Positions 1-7,000 of a stretch of DNA of 12,637 nucleotides are shown here, one piece after another. The stretch covers positions 970 to 13,606 of the forward strand of contig JBBDYA010000116.1 of assembly GCA_040902005.1 (NCBI GenBank). Reading direction: 5' to 3'. A model generated the notes under the pieces. The model was not told where the DNA came from, searched no databases, and was given only the letters and a program-made list of their open reading frames with translations. The position numbers and the translations under genes were made by a program. Origin of the DNA: Gemmatimonadaceae bacterium. Its GTDB lineage: Bacteria > Gemmatimonadota > Gemmatimonadetes > Gemmatimonadales > Gemmatimonadaceae. How positions within the stretch are numbered: position 1 is the first letter of the stretch; each line of letters opens with the position of its first letter.

Positions 1-70
1 CGACCGCGAGTTCGCCGCGAATGCCGTGCGCGCGGCGAACGCGGCCCACGAGATAGTACTCCGTGCTCAA
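1..70 (-). CDS. rimM: Ribosome maturation factor RimM, N-terminal part (runs off the window)
   Basis: Manual translation from TTG at 70: MSTEYYLVGRVRRAHGIRGELAV, matching the RimM N-terminal vG.i...HG.rGe motif. Directly downstream of rpsP, the canonical order. An in-frame TGA lies 13 codons upstream, so TTG is the only standard start. Confidence 0.88.
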   Translation of the reverse strand, partial: MSTEYYLVGRVRRAHGIRGELAV

Positions 71-100
71 CGTAAGCCGCGAGCCATGCGAGTGGCGTCG

Positions 101-137
101 TCGAATTCAGTCCGGCCGGAGGCCGGCATGAATTCAA
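101..137 (-). other. Stem-loop immediately after and overlapping the rpsP stop codon
   Basis: GAATTCA (103-109) pairs with TGAATTC (129-135) and CCGGCC (112-117) with GGCCGG (121-126); 2x2 internal mismatch, 3-nt loop; no U-tract. Confidence 0.55.
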
Positions 138-451
138 GCCTCGGCCGCGCCCTCGGTCACCGGCACCGCGGCCGACTTGAGCCCGCGTCCAACCCGCGCC
201 TCGTGACGCGTCTTGAGGACGCCGGCCTTGCGCAGCAACGAGCGCACGGTGTCCGACGGCTGTGCGCCGTTATCGAGCCAGTAGTTGGCGCGATCGGTCT
301 GCAGGTTCAAGGCATTTTCGCCCTGACGCGGGGCGTACTGGCCGATGATCTCGATGAACCGCCCGTCACGCGGACTCGTGGAGTCGGCGACGACGATACG
401 GTACGTGGGGGTCTTTTTCCGCCCGGTACGGCGGAGACGAATGCGAACCAT
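134..451 (-). CDS. rpsP: 30S ribosomal protein S16 (105 aa)
   Basis: [39 protein letters not shown]...[16 protein letters not shown] is the S16 signature. True start is ATG at 451, not 532 as in the ORF track, supported by an AGGAG SD. Confidence 0.98.
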   Translation of the reverse strand: MVRIRLRRTGRKKTPTYRIVVADSTSPRDGRFIEIIGQYAPRQGENALNLQTDRANYWLDNGAQPSDTVRSLLRKAGVLKTRHEARVGRGLKSAAVPVTEGAAEA

Positions 452-459
452 TGGTAACG

Positions 460-465
460 CTCCTG
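460..465 (-). promoter_or_regulatory. Shine-Dalgarno site of rpsP
   Basis: Minus strand reads CAGGAG-CGTTACCA-ATG (8-nt spacing). Confidence 0.8.
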
Positions 466-537
466 TCAGAGTGTCCTGCCACCCGGGCTCATCGCGCATC
501 GAGAGTTTCCCGACCGCACCCGGTAACCACAACTACA

Positions 538-1863
538 TCATCCAAACATACCCGGGCGCATGCGTCCGCCGCCCGCGGAAACCTTCTTCATCATCTTCTG
601 CATCTCCCGGAACTGCTCGAGCAGCCGGTTGACCTCGTTGATGGGCCGGCCGCTCCCCTTGGCGACGCGCGCGCGACGGGAGCCGTTGAGCAACCCGGGA
701 TTCCTCCGCTCGGCGGCGGTCATGGAGAGCACGATCGCTTCCACGTGCTTCAGCCGGCGCGGGTCGGCCGCCTTGGCCTGCTTGAGCATCTTGGTGTTGA
801 CGCCCGGCAGCATCTTGAGGACGCCCTCGAGCGGGCCAAGCCGTTCGATCTGCTTCATCGCCGTGAGAAAGTCCGCGAGGTCCATGCCTTCCTTGCGCAC
901 CTTCTTTTCCATCCGCTTCGCTTCCCCGTCGTCGAAGGCCTCCTGCGCCTTCTCGACCAGCGACACGATGTCGCCCTGCTGGAGGATGCGGCCCGCCATG
1001 CGCTCGGGATGGAAGTCCTCGAGCGCGTCCGACTTCTCGCCGACGCCGATGTACTTGATCGGCTTTTTCGTGACACCGTAGATGGAGAGGGCGGCGCCGC
1101 CGCGCGCGTCGCCGTCGAGCTTGGTGAGGATGACGCCGGTGATACCGAGGCGGTCGTTGAACCCCTGCGCGATACGCACCGCCTCCTGCCCCGTCATCCC
1201 GTCCACGACGAGCAGGATCTCGTCCGGATGGATAGCGTCCTTGAGGCGCTCCAGCTCCCCCATCATGTCGTCGTCGATCTGCAGCCGCCCGGCCGTATCC
1301 ACGATGGCCACGCGGTCCCGGTTGCGCCGCGCCTGGTCGAGGCCATGGCGCGCGATGCGAATCACGTCGGTGGTGTCCCGTTCAGCGAACACCGGGATGC
1401 CGAGCTGTGCCCCCAGCGTTTCCAGTTGGTCGATGGCGGCGGGACGATAGACGTCACAGGCGATCAACCGCGTGGGCCGCGATTCCTTCTGCATCCTGAG
1501 GGCGAGCTTGGCGGCGGTGGTCGTCTTGCCGGAGCCCTGCAACCCGACGAGCATGACGACCGTGGGTGGTACTGAGCTGAGCTTCAGCCCCTCGCGCTGC
1601 CGCCCGAGCATTTCCGTGAGCTCGTCGAAGACGATCTTGACGAGCTGCTGGGCCGGGGAAACGGTTCGCAGCTGGGTGATGCCGAGTGCCTTCTTCTCGA
1701 CGTGTTCGAGAAACTCGCGCGTGAGCTGGAAGTTCACGTCGGCCTCAAGCAGCACCCGGCGCACTTCGCGCAGGCCGTCCTTGATTTCGGCCTCGGTGAG
1801 TGTGCCGCGGCCCCTGAGGCGCGAAAATACCGCTTCCAGATTCTCTGATAGCTGCTCGAACAT
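538..1863 (-). CDS. ffh: Signal recognition particle protein Ffh (441 aa)
   Basis: N-domain LLEADV; G-domain GLQGSGKTTT, DVYRPAA, DTAGR, TKLDGDARGGAALS, FHPERMAGRIL; Met-rich M-domain with SRRARVAKGSG. Upstream of rpsP as is typical. Confidence 0.98.
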   Translation of the reverse strand: MFEQLSENLEAVFSRLRGRGTLTEAEIKDGLREVRRVLLEADVNFQLTREFLEHVEKKALGITQLRTVSPAQQLVKIVFDELTEMLGRQREGLKLSSVPPTVVMLVGLQGSGKTTTAAKLALRMQKESRPTRLIACDVYRPAAIDQLETLGAQLGIPVFAERDTTDVIRIARHGLDQARRNRDRVAIVDTAGRLQIDDDMMGELERLKDAIHPDEILLVVDGMTGQEAVRIAQGFNDRLGITGVILTKLDGDARGGAALSIYGVTKKPIKYIGVGEKSDALEDFHPERMAGRILQQGDIVSLVEKAQEAFDDGEAKRMEKKVRKEGMDLADFLTAMKQIERLGPLEGVLKMLPGVNTKMLKQAKAADPRRLKHVEAIVLSMTAAERRNPGLLNGSRRARVAKGSGRPINEVNRLLEQFREMQKMMKKVSAGGGRMRPGMFG

Positions 1864-1872
1864 AGCCCGCGA

Positions 1873-1901
1873 AAGCTAGCGGGGGGAACGCCCCGATTCA
1901 A
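1873..1901 (-). promoter_or_regulatory. Putative sigma70-type promoter of ffh
   Basis: Minus strand: -35 TTGAAT (1901-1896), 17-bp spacer, -10 TAGCTT (1878-1873), 9 nt before the ATG at 1863. Confidence 0.65.
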
Positions 1902-1905
1902 TCGG
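1893..1905. repeat. Perfect 6-1-6 palindrome CCGATT-C-AATCGG (candidate operator)
   Basis: Read directly; covers the ffh -35 box and ends 5 bp before the lon -35 box. Confidence 0.4.
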
Positions 1906-1910
1906 CGCAC

Positions 1911-1938
1911 TTGGCTATGTGCCAGCAGCCGCTATACT
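1911..1938 (+). promoter_or_regulatory. Putative sigma70-type promoter of lon
   Basis: -35 TTGGCT (1911-1916), 16-bp spacer, -10 TATACT (1933-1938); ATG at 1960. Confidence 0.65.
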
Positions 1939-1959
1939 TACGGGAACCACACCCAACCA

Positions 1960-4407
1960 ATGGCCCGAGCCCAGCGCAAGGAAGACCTCCTCAAGTCCGA
2001 GCTCCCGCCCACGTTGCCGCTGATGGCGCTGCGGTCAACGATCGTCTACCCACTCGGGACGATCGCGGTACAGATGGGCGCTCCCGAGAATCTCGCGCTG
2101 CTTCGATCACACGAAGAGCCGGGGCTGATCGTCGCCCTCGTCGTCGCCGGCGGCGAGCACGAGGAAGTGATCGACAACAGCAAGTTCGTCGGCCGCGTGG
2201 GTGTCGCGGCGCGCGTGCACGAGCGGATCAACCTTCCGGGTGACACGGTCCAGATCACGCTCCAGGGGTTGCGCCGGATCATCGTCGACGAGATCGAGCA
2301 GACGGAGCCCTTCGCGATCGCCGCGGTGCATCCGGCGAAGGACATCGCCGCCGACGCGAACGAGGTCACGGATCTGATTACGCGCGTGGCGTCCGCGGCG
2401 GAGACTCTGGCCGAGATGGTGGATCGCATCCCGGACGAAGTGCCGGCGATCCTGAAGATGAACGTGTCCGACCCGGGCCGGTTCGCGGATCTCGCGGCGA
2501 CCAACATGAACTTCCGCATCTCGGACAAGGACGAGGTGCTGCAGCGGCTGGACGTCGGGCAGCGCCTGCGCTTCATCCTGAGCCGGCTGGAGCGCGAGGT
2601 GGCGCGGGCGCGCGTGATGGAGGACGTGAAGCGCCAGACGGAGATCAAGATCGAGCAGCACCAGCGGGAGTTCTACCTGCGGCAGCAGCTGCGCGCGATC
2701 CAGGCAGAGCTGGGCGAGGCCGACCCCGGCGAAAAGGAAGCGATCGAGCTCCTCAAGAAGATCGACGAGGCCAAGCTGCCGGAGAAAGTCGGACAGGAAG
2801 CGCGGCGCGAGACCGAGCGCATGCGCATGCTGTCTCCGGCGTCGAGCGAATATCAGGTGGTGCGCACCTATCTGGACTGGGTGCTCTCGCTGCCCTGGAA
2901 CGCGCGCTCAGGCCAGGACGAGATCGACCTCGCGAAGGTCGGCACGGCGCTGGACGCGAAGCACTACGGCCTGGACGAGGCCAAGGAGCGGATCATCGAA
3001 TTCCTCGCGGTGCGGAAGCTGCGCGGCGGCGATCCGCACGGACCCATTCTCTGTTTCGTGGGACCGCCGGGCACCGGCAAGACCTCCCTGGGCGCCGCGA
3101 TCGGCAACGCCATCGGGCGCGAATTCTACCGCATCTCCGTGGGCGGCGTGCGCGACGAAGCCGAGATCCGCGGACATCGGCGGACGTACGTGGGTGCGAT
3201 GCCGGGGCTGCTGATCCAGGCGCTGCGGCGCGTCAAGGTCAGGGATTTCGTGCTGATGATCGACGAAATCGACAAGATGTCCGGCGGGGGGCCTTCCGGT
3301 GATCCGACCTCCGCGATGCTGGAGGTCCTCGACCCGACGCAGAACGATGAGTTCGTGGATCACTACCTCAACCTGCCCTTCGATCTCTCGTCACTGCTGT
3401 TCATCTGTACCGCCAACAACCTGTATGACATCCCGGCGCCGCTGCGCGATCGCATGGAGATCATCAAGATCGCGGGCTACACCGTCGAGGAAAAAGTGGA
3501 GATCGCGTGGCGCTACCTGCTCCCGCGGTTGCTGGAGGAGCACGGCATCACCGACAAGGACATTCAGTTCACCGACGAATCGCTGAGCTTCATTTCCAAT
3601 CGCTATTCGCGCGAGGCGGGACTGCGCAACTTCGAGCGCAATGTCGCCGCGATCATGCGCAAGCGCGCGCGCCGGAAGGCGGAAGGCGAAGAGGGCGCGT
3701 GGGTCATTGACGTCGAGAAAGTCGAGGAGGTCCTCGGCATCCCACGCTACGCCGTCGAGGAGGCGGAGGTCCAGCCGGAGATCGGCGTGGTGACGGGGAT
3801 GGCCTGGACGTCCACGGGCGGCGACCTCATGGTCATCGAAGCCCTGCGCATGCCGGGCACGGGACGCCTCACGGTCACCGGCCAGCTCGGCGACGTGATG
3901 CGCGAGTCCGTGGACGCCGCGTATTCGTACGTCCGGTCGCGCGCGGCGCAGCTGGGCATCCTGGACAAGGAATTCAAGGAAATCGACCTGCACATCCACT
4001 TCCCCGCCGGGGCGATCCCGAAAGACGGACCGAGCGCGGGCGTGGCGCTGACCCTGGCGATCGCCAGCGTGCTGAGCGGCCGGCCCGTGCGCCGCGAGAT
4101 CGCGATGACCGGCGAAGTGACCTTGCGCGGGAAGGTGCTCGAGATCGGTGGCGTGAAGGAGAAGGTGCTCGCCGCCTACCGCGCGGGGATCCGGCAGATC
4201 ATCATGCCGAAATCGAACGAGAAGGATCTGCGCGACGTGCCGCAGGAGGTGAAGGACCACATGGCCTTCACATTCGTGGAGCGCATGGATGAGGTGCTCC
4301 ACCTGGCCCTGCTCCCGCCGGCCTCGAAGGAAATCGCGGACTTCATGCCCGGTGCCGGTCCGCCGGCCGCGGGCGCGGGCACCGCGGATCGGCGCTCGCC
4401 GCTGTAG
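1960..4407 (+). CDS. lon: ATP-dependent protease La (LonA, 815 aa)
   Basis: Lon N-domain; QREFYLRQQLRAIQAELG; HYGL; Walker A GPPGTGKTS; pore loop GHRRTYVGAMPG; Walker B MIDEIDK; catalytic Ser in PKDGPSAG and Lys in IGGVKEK. Confidence 0.98.
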   Translation: MARAQRKEDLLKSELPPTLPLMALRSTIVYPLGTIAVQMGAPENLALLRSHEEPGLIVALVVAGGEHEEVIDNSKFVGRVGVAARVHERINLPGDTVQITLQGLRRIIVDEIEQTEPFAIAAVHPAKDIAADANEVTDLITRVASAAETLAEMVDRIPDEVPAILKMNVSDPGRFADLAATNMNFRISDKDEVLQRLDVGQRLRFILSRLEREVARARVMEDVKRQTEIKIEQHQREFYLRQQLRAIQAELGEADPGEKEAIELLKKIDEAKLPEKVGQEARRETERMRMLSPASSEYQVVRTYLDWVLSLPWNARSGQDEIDLAKVGTALDAKHYGLDEAKERIIEFLAVRKLRGGDPHGPILCFVGPPGTGKTSLGAAIGNAIGREFYRISVGGVRDEAEIRGHRRTYVGAMPGLLIQALRRVKVRDFVLMIDEIDKMSGGGPSGDPTSAMLEVLDPTQNDEFVDHYLNLPFDLSSLLFICTANNLYDIPAPLRDRMEIIKIAGYTVEEKVEIAWRYLLPRLLEEHGITDKDIQFTDESLSFISNRYSREAGLRNFERNVAAIMRKRARRKAEGEEGAWVIDVEKVEEVLGIPRYAVEEAEVQPEIGVVTGMAWTSTGGDLMVIEALRMPGTGRLTVTGQLGDVMRESVDAAYSYVRSRAAQLGILDKEFKEIDLHIHFPAGAIPKDGPSAGVALTLAIASVLSGRPVRREIAMTGEVTLRGKVLEIGGVKEKVLAAYRAGIRQIIMPKSNEKDLRDVPQEVKDHMAFTFVERMDEVLHLALLPPASKEIADFMPGAGPPAAGAGTADRRSPL

Positions 4408-4430
4408 CGCGCGCCAACCCCCCCGCGCGC
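4407..4430. terminator. GC hairpin between convergent lon and DUF445 genes (possible terminator or pause)
   Basis: GCGCGCG (4407-4413) / CGCGCGC (4424-4430) with a 10-nt loop; no U-tract on either strand. Confidence 0.3.
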
Positions 4431-4440
4431 ACGCCGCCGG

Positions 4441-5745
4441 TCAGGGGAGGTACATCGAGATCGTGTAGAGCAGGAGGCCGACGAGCGCGCCCACCAGCGT
4501 GCCGTTGATCCGGATGAACTGGAGGTCCCGGCCGATGGCCAGCTCGATGCGCCGGCTCGTGACGTCCGGGTCCCAGTGCTGCACGGTGTGCGTGATGAGG
4601 TCCGCGATGTCGTGCTGGTACCGCTCGACCAGGAACACGGCGACGTCCACGATCACGTCGTCCACCCTGCGCATCAGGACCGGATCGGCCAGCACCGCCT
4701 CGCCGAACGTGGTGAGTCCCCGCTCGATGGTCCCTCCCTCGCTGGGCGTCTCCGGCGCGTTCTCCGCGAATCGCAGCAGCGCGGCCTTGGCATCCATCCA
4801 GAGTGACGCGGAGAAGCGCCGCACGGCGTCCGCGTCGAGAAACTCCTGCTTGAGCTCCTCGGCGCGGGCCAGCGTTTCCGGCGAGTGCTGGAGGTTGACG
4901 ACGAACTGCCGCAGCGCCTGGTCGAAGCGGTCACGCAGTGGATGATCGGGATCGTCGCGAATCTCCACCAGCGTGCGCTCGATCGAGGCGACGATCTTCC
5001 GATAGATCTTGTCATCCACCGCGTTCGGCACCCACCAGGGTGACTCGCGCTGGACCCGCTCGCGGATCAGGTCGCGGTTCTGCTCCACCGAGCGGGCGAT
5101 GAGCACGATCGCCTCGTTGAGCAATTCCTGATGCCGGTTGCCCTCGGTGACCACGGACAGCAGCCGCCCCGCGATCGGGGCAAGCCGCGCCTGGCGAATG
5201 CGATCCTCCAGCGTGCGGTCGATGATCGCCTGGACGTCTTCGTCCTTGAGCACTTGCGCGCCCGCCGCAAGCGCCGACGCCGTCTGCCGCGCGATCGTGC
5301 GGGCGTTCACGGGGTCGGCCACCCACCGTGCGATACGTTCGCCGAGCCGCAATCCGCGGAGCCGCGCCTCGATCACCTCGCGGGTGAGAAAGTTGTGCTG
5401 CACGAACGCGCCCAGCGTGCGGGCCACGCGGTCCTTGCGTGCCGGAATGATTGCCGTGTGTGGAATCGGGATGCCCAGCGGGTGGCGGAACAGCGCGGTG
5501 ACGGCGAACCAGTCGGCGACGCCACCAATCATCGCCGCCTCGGACATGGCCCGGACGAACCCCAGCGCCGGATAGCGGGACTCGAAGTACCGGGCCACGA
5601 CAAAGATCACCGTGGCGAGGACGAGCAGCCCCGTCGCCCGGGCCTTCATCTGGTCCAGCCGCCGCTGCCGCTCTACCTGATCCGGCACCGCTGCCGGCTG
5701 CGGCAGTGGCGGTGGCGGCGGCGGCACGTGGGATTCGACGGACAC
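4441..5745 (-). CDS. DUF445 (YjiN-like) membrane protein (434 aa)
   Basis: N-terminal hydrophobic helices, EAAMIGGVADWFAVTALFRHPLGIPIPHTAIIP motif, long helical middle, C-terminal GRDLQFIRINGTLVGALVG hydrophobic end. GTG start is 7 nt after the upstream stop; exact start uncertain. Confidence 0.9.
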   Translation of the reverse strand: MSVESHVPPPPPPLPQPAAVPDQVERQRRLDQMKARATGLLVLATVIFVVARYFESRYPALGFVRAMSEAAMIGGVADWFAVTALFRHPLGIPIPHTAIIPARKDRVARTLGAFVQHNFLTREVIEARLRGLRLGERIARWVADPVNARTIARQTASALAAGAQVLKDEDVQAIIDRTLEDRIRQARLAPIAGRLLSVVTEGNRHQELLNEAIVLIARSVEQNRDLIRERVQRESPWWVPNAVDDKIYRKIVASIERTLVEIRDDPDHPLRDRFDQALRQFVVNLQHSPETLARAEELKQEFLDADAVRRFSASLWMDAKAALLRFAENAPETPSEGGTIERGLTTFGEAVLADPVLMRRVDDVIVDVAVFLVERYQHDIADLITHTVQHWDPDVTSRRIELAIGRDLQFIRINGTLVGALVGLLLYTISMYLP

Positions 5746-5752
5746 CGTGCCG

Positions 5753-7000
5753 TCAGGGATCGAGCCGGACGCGATTCAGGTCCAGCACCGCGGTCGGCGC
5801 GCCGCGGGGCACGTCGACGTAGAGCACGACGTTGCGTCCCTGGACCTCGCCCGGCGTCACTACCACCGTGCGACTCGCGCCCGCGTACGTCCGGGCGCCG
5901 GTGCGCGCCACAGAAGGTGCCGGCGTACCGTAGCGACGCACGATGGCCTGCCCTATGGCGTCCACGAACTGCGCCGCGTCCAGCGGCGAGTCCCACACGG
6001 TGACCCACGTGAGGCCGCGACCGGCTCCGGTGCCGATGATCCGATAGCGGTCGCCATCCCATCCCCGCGCCGCGCCGACGGCGACGGTGTGATTCTTCGT
6101 ATGCTCAAAGATCAGCAGGCGGGTGCCGAACTCGCCCATCGTTTCCTCATGCTCGCCCTGGCGGTCGCCCGGCAACATGACCGTCGTGGGCATGTCACGC
6201 TCCTCGTCGAAATATGCCTCCTCGGACAGCACCTGTTCCGTGGACACCGGCAGATCCATCAGGGGATTGCCCTGCGGCATGCGGGCCTTGTGGCGGCGAA
6301 TGAATTCGGCGCCACTGAGGTACGGAAACAGCAGGGATTCCTGGATCGCCATCGGCGCGGCGGAAAACAGCGGCATCGAGGCCTGCGCCTGCCGAATCGT
6401 TTCCCGCACGCTCTCCCATCCGCCCGGCAGCCGCGCGGCCACGTTTCCGCCAAGCATGATCGACAGTTGCTCGAAGGTGGCTTGTCCCTCGAGCACCGCC
6501 TGCGCGGCAGCGAGTTGGTCGCTGTTGCCCTCGAGCTTCTGGATGGAATCCAGGCTGATGTATTGATCCTGCAGGGCGTGGATCAACTCGTGCGTGACCG
6601 TCACGCCCGCGAGATCGGCGGGCGCGCCCTCCACGATGTACAGCACCTTGGTCGCGGGATCGTAGTAGCCGACGATTTGTTCCGTGAGCAGTTCCAGCAG
6701 GAACCGCCGCAGGTCCAGCGTGTCCGGCAGCAGCCCGAACTGCTTGTACGCGATCTCCTCGCCGCGCAGCTGCGCCGCGGGCGAGGACTCATCGAATTTC
6801 GCGACCAGGAAATCGCGCACCTGCGCGCGCGATCGCAACTCCAGGATTGGCGGCGTCTTGAAGGTGAGGCCGGTGGCCTTCTCGATCGCTGGAATCGCGT
6901 CCCTCATGCGATCCGCGTACCGGTCCGCGTCGCTCCGGCGCCGCCGGTCGCAGGCGCTGACCAGGGTCAGCGCCAGCAGCAGGAGGTATCGAGACTGCAT
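5753..7000 (-). CDS. Putative zincin (HExxH) metallopeptidase lipoprotein (415 aa), uncharacterised family
   Basis: Start reassigned from 7273 to ATG 7000, which gives signal peptide MQSRYLLLLALTLVSA-C17 (lipobox) and a TGATG overlap with the upstream stop. GYYDP, HELIHALQDQ (aa 137-146) and downstream EGQAT (E171, likely third Zn ligand). Confidence 0.8.
   Translation of the reverse strand: MQSRYLLLLALTLVSACDRRRRSDADRYADRMRDAIPAIEKATGLTFKTPPILELRSRAQVRDFLVAKFDESSPAAQLRGEEIAYKQFGLLPDTLDLRRFLLELLTEQIVGYYDPATKVLYIVEGAPADLAGVTVTHELIHALQDQYISLDSIQKLEGNSDQLAAAQAVLEGQATFEQLSIMLGGNVAARLPGGWESVRETIRQAQASMPLFSAAPMAIQESLLFPYLSGAEFIRRHKARMPQGNPLMDLPVSTEQVLSEEAYFDEERDMPTTVMLPGDRQGEHEETMGEFGTRLLIFEHTKNHTVAVGAARGWDGDRYRIIGTGAGRGLTWVTVWDSPLDAAQFVDAIGQAIVRRYGTPAPSVARTGARTYAGASRTVVVTPGEVQGRNVVLYVDVPRGAPTAVLDLNRVRLDP

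Noticed and set aside
452..532. 27-aa N-terminal extension of S16 in the ORF track
   Set aside because: The family starts at MVRIRL and a good SD precedes ATG 451.
533..546. Possible one-base error at the ffh 3' end (GGA TGA TGT AG versus FG-M-M-stop)
   Set aside because: Would change only two terminal residues, and nothing in the sequence shows an error.
451..1575. Long antisense or alternate-frame ORFs (451-1575, 3391-4302, 5747-7294, 7057-8688, 10837-11703, 11262-12164 and others)
   Set aside because: They shadow well-supported genes, have Arg/Ala/Pro-rich motif-free translations, and are expected from stop-codon scarcity in high-GC coding DNA.
1904..1925. GCAC...GTGC dyad resembling CIRCE upstream of lon
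   Set aside because: CIRCE needs TTAGCACTC-N9-GAGTGCTAA; here the equivalent spacer is only about 4 nt and the arms match poorly.
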